Source: Thermoanaerobaculia bacterium (lineage in GTDB: Bacteria > Acidobacteriota > Thermoanaerobaculia > Multivoradales > Multivoraceae). Taken from it: 64,000 bases of DNA. Both the position numbers and the translations under genes were made by a program. Below are positions 39,615 to 47,541 of this stretch, one piece after another. The notes under the pieces are model-generated. The model worked only from the letters and a program-made list of their open reading frames with translations. It was not told the DNA's origin and did not search any database. Location: contig OY761158.1 of assembly GCA_963664405.1 (NCBI GenBank), forward strand, positions 4,960,001 to 5,024,000. Direction: 5' to 3'. Numbering within the stretch: the stretch's first letter is position 1; every line of letters starts with the position of its first letter.

Positions 39615-42303
39615 TCAGTCTGTGGGCACGAGGCGCTTCAGCTCCTCGAACCAGTTCTGGACCAGGACGACGTCATTGCGCTCGCCCCCCTCGGTCGTCT
39701 CCAGTGGTTTGACCATCAGGAACCTCTCGCCGTCCGGGTGGATGTCGTACATGCGACCGACGGAGACGGCATAGTTTCCCGTGAAGATCACTTCAGGTTT
39801 CCCGGGCTCGAACGAGGGCTCGGTCCTGACCGGCACCGCCATCAACCGATCGCCGGCACGATAGAAGATCTCGCTGCCGTCCGGCGACCACAGCGGTTCG
39901 GTGCCGCCTCCGGCCGAGATCGGAAAACGGCCACCGGCTTCTACGTCGGGAAACGGCCTCACATAGATTCGGTCTTCGTCCGCCGATTCGTCCGACTGGT
40001 AGACCAACCACCGGCCATCGGGTGAGATTTCTCCATTCAGCTCACGGAACTCCGAGGCTAGAAGCGGTTTCGGCGATCCTTCGCCTTCCAGCGACAGCAC
40101 TCCCAGATCGAACCCTGACGTCACTCCGACGCGGTAAAGCAGGGCCTTGCCGTCTGGGGAGATCGACGACGGATATAGATACTCCGCGAACTCGATAAGG
40201 AGCTTCACTGTTCCCGTTCCGTCAAACGCTCGCTGGTAGAACCCCAGGGTCCCGTCACGGTCGGAGACGAACACCACTTCCCGGCTGTCACGAGTCCAGA
40301 CCGGATACACGTCTATTGCCGGATCAGCGGTCAGCCGGTCCAGAGGAGACTCCCGCGTGAGGTCCCAGATCCACACGTCCTGGTCTTCATCGCGGGAAGA
40401 GACCGCCACCCGCTGTCCATCCGGAGAGATTCGGGGATAGATGTAGAACCGGGGTGGGGCCGAGAGAGCCGCCTCTCGTCCGTCGCGTCCCACCCAGACA
40501 AGGGTCCGTTGCGCCCCTCCCCCCATGCCACCGGTGACGTACACCAAGGACCCGTCCTGCGAGAAGTCGAAGTTCACAACACCAAAGGTCTTGGTGTTGA
40601 CGCCTTCTAGGACAGGGACCGGATCTCCCCGCACTTCCAGACTCCCCGCATCGAAGGCCACCGCATGAAGCGTACCGTTCAGCCCATAGACCAGGTGCCC
40701 GGTGGGCACGTACCGGGCACCGGCACCTCCAAAGACCAGGTCCTTCCGCTCCCCGGTGGTGAGAGATTGAGCCACGATCTGCGCGTCGTCGACGTTCGAG
40801 CTCGTAAAGACCGCAAAGAGAACGGCTTCGCCACCCGGTAGAACCTCGGGAAAACGATAGGAAAGCTCTCCTTTATCGGGATCTAGCGCGACCAGCCGCT
40901 CCAGTTCACCGCCTCCCCCCGACACCCGATAGAGCCCCTCGTTGAGGAAGCCAAGGACAATGGTGTCGTCCGCGCCCCAGCTCGCGCCGAGAAGAATAGA
41001 GGGTAGTTCGCACAAAGTCACCGTTGGCCCCCCGAGAATGGGGACTTTCTTAAGAGTCCCGCCGGACTCGAAGGCGACCCAGGCCCCGTCGGGCGAGAGG
41101 AAGGGAGACTCAGCGTCCTCCGTTCCTCGCAGCTCGGAGCCAACGATGCGGTCCACCCAGCGAACATAGAGAGAGCCTTCGCTCTTGTAGACCACCACCC
41201 GACCATTGCGTGCCATCGCCAGATCGCGAGCAATGGGAAGAGAACCCGTCATCGGCGCGCTGGGAGCGGCGCTCAGCACCGCACGAACGACGGGGCGCTC
41301 GGGTGGTGCGGGCTTCAGGGTCCAGACGGCGATGCCAGCGATCACCGCGCCGGCAGCGAGGGTGGCGAGGGCCAAAGGTACAGGACTGCGCTCTTCCGCC
41401 GCGGCCGCGCCGGGCGTCGGCTCATCGCTCTCGGGAGCCTCGATGACGGTTTCGATTTCCATCAGGGCATCACCGATGTCTCGCAGCCGTTGTCGTGGAT
41501 CCTTGCGTAAACACCGCTCAAGCAATTCGCGTAGTCTTCGAGGAACGCTTGCGGGGAGCGGGTCCCAGCTCGGCACATCGCGCAACACAGCGCCTACTGT
41601 CTCCATCGCATCTTCGCCCTCGAACAAGCGTTGTCCAACAAGGGCCTCGTAGAGACAAACACCGAAGGCCCAGACGTCGGTGCGCTTGTCGACTGCCTTC
41701 CCCCGAGCCTGCTCGGGCGACATGTAGGCAGCAGTCCCGAGGATTTCACCGCGCTGTGTCGCAGCTAGCGTCAGCGTTGGCGACATCGACATCGAGGCGT
41801 CACCCGACTCGCCGACATCTCCGACCATTGCCTTGGCCAACCCGAAGTCAAGGATCTTGACGTTGCCGTCGTCGGTGACCTTGATGTTGGCGGGCTTGAG
41901 GTCGCGATGAATGACGCCCTTGTCGTGAGCAGCTTCTAGCCCTTCCGCGATCTGGAGGAACAGCGGCAGAGCCTCCTCGACCGCAATAGGCCCTCGACTG
42001 ATCCTCTCCGCAAGGGTCTCGCCCTCGACCAGTTCCATGACCAGGAAATTGGTGTCTCCGTCCTTCTCGAAGCCGTGGAGCGTAGCGATGTTGTTGTGGT
42101 TCAGAGAAGCAAGGACGCGGGCTTCCCGCTCGAACCTCGCGAGCCGTTCTGGATCGGTCGACACCTCCTCCAACAGCAGCTTGATCGCGACCTCACGACC
42201 GAGCTTCGTGTCCTTCGCCCGGTACACCTCTCCCATGCCTCCCGCACCGAGGGAAGAGACCACTTCGTAGTGGCCGAGCTTTGTGCCTGCTTTCTAATGC
42301 CAT
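39615..42303 (-). CDS. Ser/Thr kinase with TM helix and PD40 propeller (kinase 5); extra base near codon 4-5
   Basis: ATG GCA TTA GAA A GCA GGC has an extra A at 42291-42293 compared with the paralogs' MALEAGTKLGHY; the rest is intact. Confidence 0.9.
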
Positions 42304-42494
42304 CGACTGAGCGACATTCTACCGGCAGCCGCCAAGGGCCGATTTCGAGGTGTCGCGATCCACCAGATTCTGCGACACTGACGATGTTGTCCATTGCACC
42401 TTCCACTAGAAAAGGTGCCAGTATCAACCCCGCCGAGGGCGTGGGCTCCAGGAGCCTGAATTCGGCTAGCCCGGCTAAATAGGAGATCTGGGAC

Positions 42495-44189
42495 ATGAAT
42501 GCACGGAGAATCCCGATACTCGTCTTGATGCTGACGCTGTTTCTGGGCGCCTGCGGAGCGTTCGAGCCGGATGAGGCAGTGCCAGTGGAGACGGAAGAGA
42601 GGCCCAACTTTCTTCTAGTCGTTGCCGACGACATGGGATACACGGACACAGGCCCCTTCGGCGGTGAGATCGAGACCCCGAATCTCGACCGGCTCGCAGC
42701 CTCCGGGGTCCGTTTCGCGGACTTCCACGTATCCATGTCCTGCTCGCCGACGCGCGCGATGATGATGTCTGGCATGGACAACCACCTGGCCGGTCTCGGC
42801 AACATGGGGGAGCTCATCACGCCCAATCAGCGCGGCAAACCGGGTTACGAGGGTTACCTCAGCCGCGATGTCATCAGCCTGCCTGAGGCGCTCGGGAGTG
42901 GCGGGTACCACACCTACATGGCCGGAAAGTGGCACCTGGGACACGAGCCGGATCAGCGTCCCTTCGCACGGGGCTTCGAGCGCTCGCTGGCGTTGATGTA
43001 CGGTGGCGCGAGCCATTGGAATGACAGGCATGGGCTCATTGCCGCGCAGGATCCGGTCATCTACACGCGCAATGGCGAGAAGCTCGAACAACTGCCCGAG
43101 GATTTCTACTCGAGCAAAAACTACGCCGACTTCCTCATGGAGTCGATTCGAGAGAACCACGGCGACGGCAAGCCCTTTCTTGCCTACCTCGCCTTCACAG
43201 CGCCTCATGACCCTCTGCACGTGCCCGAGCCTTGGCTCAGCAAGTACCGAGGGCGGTACGACGAGGGCTACGAAGCTCTGAAGGCAAGTAGGGCTGAAGG
43301 CGCGGCCCGGGCCGGCGTCGTGCGGGCCGGCGCCCCGCTGCCCCAACGCCACTCGATGACTCCGGCCTGGGACACCTTGAGCCCCGAGGAGAGAACCCGG
43401 CAGTCCCGGATGATGGAGGTCTATGCGGGGATGGTCGACAACATGGACCACCATCTCGGCCGAGTGCTGGATTTCCTCGACGACATCGGCGAGCTCGACA
43501 ACACCGTCATCATTTTCTTTTCGGACAACGGGCCCAATCCGTGGGACAGCGAGGATTATCCCGGCAATCGGGACGGGAACTTCATGGACCTTTTCGACAA
43601 CAGTCTCGACAACCTCGGCAAGCCCGGCTCGAACGTCGCCTACGGAAGCGGCTGGGCTCAGGCGAGCGCCGGTCCCTACAGTTACTTCAAGATGACGGTC
43701 GCCGAGGGAGGCACACGGAGCCCTCTGATTGTCGCTGGACCGCAAGTGAACAACGGCGGACGGATCAACGATACCCCCGTAACCGCCATGGATGTGATGC
43801 CGACCCTCCTAGACATAGCGGGCATCGAACACCCCGAGACGTTCAACGGCAGACGGGTCAAGCCGATGATGGGCCGCTCGATGAAAGGCGTGGCAGCCGG
43901 CACCGCAGAGCGCGTGCACCCGGAGGACACACTCTTCGGCCACCAGGCCTTCGAGGAGCACGAGCTTTCCGGCGAGATGCTGGGCGGCAAGTTCGTGCGC
44001 CGCGGCGATTGGAAGGCGCTCTTCGTGAGCCGGCCGTATGGCCCGAACGAGTGGCAGCTCTTTGATCTCGCCGCCGACCCCGGCGAAACCGATGACCTGG
44101 CGGGTGAGCATCGGGAGCTGTTGGAGGAACTGACTGCGGGCTGGGACCAGTACGCGAACGACGTGGGGGTTGTCCCACCGGAGGGCTAA
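42495..44189 (+). CDS. AtsA-like arylsulfatase, lipoprotein
   Basis: Lipobox LGAC, RPNFLLVVADDMG, CSPTR, GKWHLG, FSDNG. Confidence 0.93.
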   Translation: MNARRIPILVLMLTLFLGACGAFEPDEAVPVETEERPNFLLVVADDMGYTDTGPFGGEIETPNLDRLAASGVRFADFHVSMSCSPTRAMMMSGMDNHLAGLGNMGELITPNQRGKPGYEGYLSRDVISLPEALGSGGYHTYMAGKWHLGHEPDQRPFARGFERSLALMYGGASHWNDRHGLIAAQDPVIYTRNGEKLEQLPEDFYSSKNYADFLMESIRENHGDGKPFLAYLAFTAPHDPLHVPEPWLSKYRGRYDEGYEALKASRAEGAARAGVVRAGAPLPQRHSMTPAWDTLSPEERTRQSRMMEVYAGMVDNMDHHLGRVLDFLDDIGELDNTVIIFFSDNGPNPWDSEDYPGNRDGNFMDLFDNSLDNLGKPGSNVAYGSGWAQASAGPYSYFKMTVAEGGTRSPLIVAGPQVNNGGRINDTPVTAMDVMPTLLDIAGIEHPETFNGRRVKPMMGRSMKGVAAGTAERVHPEDTLFGHQAFEEHELSGEMLGGKFVRRGDWKALFVSRPYGPNEWQLFDLAADPGETDDLAGEHRELLEELTAGWDQYANDVGVVPPEG

Positions 44190-44557
44190 GGCTTGCTCCG
44201 CCTCCGCCGTCGAAACGGGCTCGGTCCGAATTTGAAGGGCTAAGGGAGGTGCCACCCTTCGCCTTCCCATGGCACCTTCCACAGCGAACTATGCAAGTGG
44301 ACTTCTGGCTTGCGATGTCGCAGAGCACCACAGATCGCGACACGCCTGCTCCCAGACGCCCGTAGACGTTGAGCTCTCGTAGTGGCGTGGGGTGAAAAGG
44401 CGACATCTTGTCGCAATTTTTGCTTAGGTGCGACACCAGACTTCTCTAAGCCACTGATTACAAGCTAGATCCGTGCAGGCCCTAAGCCTGTAAGAGCTCG
44501 CGGATCTGGTATGTTCACGATCATCAATCCGATTGCGATCCGTTGAGGAGGGACCCA

Positions 44558-45628
44558 ATGACGCTATGCCCGAGGTCGGCTGGCCTGATGCTTCTTACCA
44601 TCGCTGCTCTCAGCTGCGCCCCGGCTGCCGACGAAGGTGCTGAATCGACGACGGTACCCGTTTCTGTCGTTGACTCCTTCGTTCCGCCCGAGGTGACGCC
44701 CGAATCGCGCGATCTGACCCTGGCCGATATCGAGCGGATGATGGAGGAGCTGTCGAACTGGGGCCGCTGGGGCGGCGACGACCAGCTGGGCGCCGCCAAT
44801 CTCATTACGCCGGCCAAGCGACTGGAGGCGGTCTCACTGGTCACCGAGGGTATCTCTGTCTCGCTGGAGCATCAGCTGTTGACCGAAGAGGCCGAGGACG
44901 TGCCGCGGCCGTTCGACCGCCGGATGCTGGGGCTCCCCGATCTGACGGCCGAGCCTCTGTTCAGGAGCGGGGTCAGCGACGCCTACAGCATCAGCTATCA
45001 CGGTTACTCCCACAGCCACATCGACTCTCTGTGTCACATGCTCTACAAGGGGCAGATGTATAACGGATTCTCTCGGGAGACGGTAACGGAGGAGGGCTGT
45101 TCGAAGAATTCAGTCTTCAATCTGCGGGGCGGCATCGTGACTCGCGGCGTGCTTTTCGACATCCCCCGCCTCAAGGGAGTGCCCTACCTCGAGCCGGGCA
45201 CTCCGATCTATATGGAAGACCTCGACGCCTGGGAAGAGATGGCAGGGGTCACGGTTCGACCCGGCGATGCGGTCTTCGTGCGCACCGGCCGTTGGGCGCG
45301 ACGTGCGGATGTCGGCCCGTGGGCCGTCGCGGAGAGCGCGGCCGGTCTGCACGCCTCGGCGGTGCCCTGGCTCAAGGCGCGGGATGTCTCCTTTCTCGGC
45401 GGCGACGCGGCCTCCGACGTCGTGCCTTCCCAGATCGAAGGGGTGCGGCTTCCGGTGCATACTCTGACCATCGTTGCGATGGGCGTCGACCTCTTCGATA
45501 ACCAGGATCTCGAGGACCTTGCCGAGACTGCCGCAAGACTCGACCGATGGGAGTTCATGCTGGTTGCAGGTCCGCTGGCGGTCGAGACCGGCACAGGCTC
45601 TCCAGTCAACGCTTTGGCAATTTTTTAG
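44558..45628 (+). CDS. cyclase family protein
   Basis: SNWGRWGGDDQLG, HxxxxSHIDSLCH, RGVLFDIP, GSPVNALAIF. Confidence 0.9.
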   Translation: MTLCPRSAGLMLLTIAALSCAPAADEGAESTTVPVSVVDSFVPPEVTPESRDLTLADIERMMEELSNWGRWGGDDQLGAANLITPAKRLEAVSLVTEGISVSLEHQLLTEEAEDVPRPFDRRMLGLPDLTAEPLFRSGVSDAYSISYHGYSHSHIDSLCHMLYKGQMYNGFSRETVTEEGCSKNSVFNLRGGIVTRGVLFDIPRLKGVPYLEPGTPIYMEDLDAWEEMAGVTVRPGDAVFVRTGRWARRADVGPWAVAESAAGLHASAVPWLKARDVSFLGGDAASDVVPSQIEGVRLPVHTLTIVAMGVDLFDNQDLEDLAETAARLDRWEFMLVAGPLAVETGTGSPVNALAIF

Positions 45629-45639
45629 GAGGCTGCCCT

Positions 45640-46365
45640 ATGGCGACTTTTGAACGCGACGGTGTTTCGATTCACTACGAGGTCCGGGGAGGTGGTTTCC
45701 CCGTTCTGCTCATTGCCCCCGGCGGGATGAAGAGCGTTATTTCGATGTGGGAGACGACTCCCTGGAACCCGATCGAGCAGCTTTCGAGCGACTATCAAGT
45801 CGTTGCGATGGATCAGCGCAACGCCGGCACCTCGAGCGCGCCGATCAGCGGCGACGATGGCTGGCACACTTACATCGGAGATCAGCTTGCGCTGATGGAT
45901 CACCTCGGTGCGGACCGCTTCCATGTGGTCGGTATGTGTATCGGGGGCCCCTACAGCATGGGGCTCATCGAGGCCGCACCGGAGCGGGTGGCGTCGAATG
46001 TTCTCTTTCAACCGATCGGTCTCGATAACAATCGAGAGGCCTTCTACGAGATGTTCGATAGCTGGGCCGACGTGCTTCGGACCACTTCTCACACCGACGT
46101 GCCGGCCGACGATTGGACTCGCTTTCGCAGCAATATGTACGACGGCGACAAATTGCTCTTCAACCTCGATCGCGACTTTGTGCGTGCCTGTACGACTCCA
46201 CTGCTGGTGCTCGCCGGGAGTGACCTCTATCACCCGGCCTCGACCTCGAAGGCGATAGCGGAGCTCGCTCCTAACGTGGAGCTCATTGAAAACTGGAAGG
46301 AGTCGCCGGACCGAGAAGCCGCTATGGAGAAGACCGCCGCCTTCCTGCGGCGCAATTCAATCTAG
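45640..46365 (+). CDS. alpha/beta hydrolase
   Basis: MDQRNAG, GMCIGG, DLYHP. Confidence 0.88.
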   Translation: MATFERDGVSIHYEVRGGGFPVLLIAPGGMKSVISMWETTPWNPIEQLSSDYQVVAMDQRNAGTSSAPISGDDGWHTYIGDQLALMDHLGADRFHVVGMCIGGPYSMGLIEAAPERVASNVLFQPIGLDNNREAFYEMFDSWADVLRTTSHTDVPADDWTRFRSNMYDGDKLLFNLDRDFVRACTTPLLVLAGSDLYHPASTSKAIAELAPNVELIENWKESPDREAAMEKTAAFLRRNSI

Positions 46366-47018
46366 ATTGACGCGACACGCTCGAGGATCTGCTCGATGAC
46401 TTCTTCGATCCCGAGCTCGGTGGTGTCGACGATCTGGGCGTCGGCTGCCGGAACCAGGGGTGCGATGGAGCGGCTGGAGTCGCGCTCGTCTCGCTCTCGG
46501 AGCGAGGCGAGCACCTCCTCATAAGATTCTTCCAGGCCTTTCGCGGCGAGCTCGCGCTGTCGGCGCTGAGCACGAACTTCGTCGTTGGCGGTGACGAAGA
46601 ATTTGGCGCCGGCGTCGGGGAAGACGACTGTGCCCGTATCGCGACCCTCTGCCACGACGCTCCCCTGGGCAGCGATCTGACGCTGCTGCTCCAAGAGTGC
46701 GCGACGTACGGCCGGCAGCGCCGAGACGATCGAGGCCGCTTGGGAGATCTCGGGCAGGCGAATCGCGTCGGAGACGTCGTCGCCGTCGAGGGAAACGCGA
46801 TTGACTCCCTCCCGCATCTCGAATGAGATGTCGAGCGCTGCGGCGAGCTCGGCGAGTCCTTCTTCGTCGCCGTGGTCGAGCCCTCGCCTATGGGCCGCCA
46901 GCGCGAGGCTGCGATAGATCGCACCGGTGTCGAGGAGCATGAAGCCGAGGCGCGAGGCGACTTCGCGTGCGACCGTCGTCTTTCCGGCGGCGACCGGGCC
47001 GTCGATGGTGACGATCAA
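46362..47018 (-). CDS. cmk: cytidylate kinase
   Basis: IDGPVAAGKTT, DTGAIYR, EGRDTGTVVFPDA, RDERDSSR; TTG start overlaps the upstream stop. Confidence 0.93.
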   Translation of the reverse strand: MIVTIDGPVAAGKTTVAREVASRLGFMLLDTGAIYRSLALAAHRRGLDHGDEEGLAELAAALDISFEMREGVNRVSLDGDDVSDAIRLPEISQAASIVSALPAVRRALLEQQRQIAAQGSVVAEGRDTGTVVFPDAGAKFFVTANDEVRAQRRQRELAAKGLEESYEEVLASLRERDERDSSRSIAPLVPAADAQIVDTTELGIEEVIEQILERVASI

Positions 47019-47515
47019 GTGCCGGCGGCCTGGTTGTCGTACTGCTCGACGCGATCTTCGACTACTTCGAGCTCTATGCCCGCTTCGGCAAAGAGATCGC
47101 GAGTGTCCTGCGCGGCGTGATAGCGCCGCTTCGGTACCACGCGCTTGATGCCTACGCTGGTGATCAGCATCGCGCAGACGCGGCACGGCTCCATGGTGCA
47201 ATAGAGGGTCGTGCCCTCGAGCGAGAGGCCGTATCGTGCAGCTTGGCAGATGGCGTTCTGCTCGGCGTGGATGGTGCGCACGCAGTGGTTGCGGACGGTA
47301 CCGTCCTCGTCGACCATCTTCTTCATATAGTGGCCGGCCTCGTCGCAGTGGGGGAGCCCGGGAGGCGAGCCGACGTAGCCGGTACAGAGAATGCGCTTGT
47401 CTCGGACGATGACGCAACCGCTACGGCCGCGGTCGCAAGTTGCCCGGCTCGCAACTTCGTCTACGAGGCGAATGAAGTACTCATCCCAGCTCGGTCGAAT
47501 CGAGTCATTGGCCAT
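47015..47515 (-). CDS. dCMP deaminase family
   Basis: RPSWDEYF, RATCDR, HAEQNAI, PCRVC. Confidence 0.92.
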   Translation of the reverse strand: MANDSIRPSWDEYFIRLVDEVASRATCDRGRSGCVIVRDKRILCTGYVGSPPGLPHCDEAGHYMKKMVDEDGTVRNHCVRTIHAEQNAICQAARYGLSLEGTTLYCTMEPCRVCAMLITSVGIKRVVPKRRYHAAQDTRDLFAEAGIELEVVEDRVEQYDNQAAGT

Positions 47516-47541
47516 GGTCGGATTCTATGCCTCTTCTCTCG

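Larger units (their letters stand above)
25352..44435 (+). repeat. dispersed 27-bp palindromic sites TGTCG-N5-C[AG]CC-N8-CGACA
   Basis: Copies at 25352 (ends CGACC), 25422+26998 (split by the IS), 29797, 30631, 31476, 33895, 33961, 36744, 39518, 39584, 42351, 44316; 44409 has both arms but a different core. Confidence 0.92.
24221..44548. mobile_element. genomic island integrated in the cyclase 3' end; cassette-like array, no integrase gene
   Basis: 30-bp direct repeats at 24221-24250 and 44519-44548 (2 synonymous mismatches, both encode IINPIAIR*); inverted IHF-like boxes at 24283 and 44447. Confidence 0.8.

Noticed and set aside
27018-42303. Diversity-generating retroelement acting on the kinases
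   Set aside because: No reverse transcriptase and no TR/VR pair with adenine-specific differences was seen.
24397-44285. Sigma54 promoters at TGGCAC motifs (24399, 42420 minus strand, 44270)
   Set aside because: The GC at -12 is not correctly spaced from the -24 GG. An enhancer role for the palindromes is therefore unsupported here, though not excluded.
25352-44435. 27-bp repeats as a CRISPR array
   Set aside because: The repeats are degenerate and mostly separated by whole genes; the 39-bp spacers resemble each other; no cas genes.
25352-44435. Canonical integron attC or pdif sites
   Set aside because: No RYYYAAC...GTTRRRY boxes, no XerC/XerD consensus such as TTATGTTAAAT, and no intI in the window.
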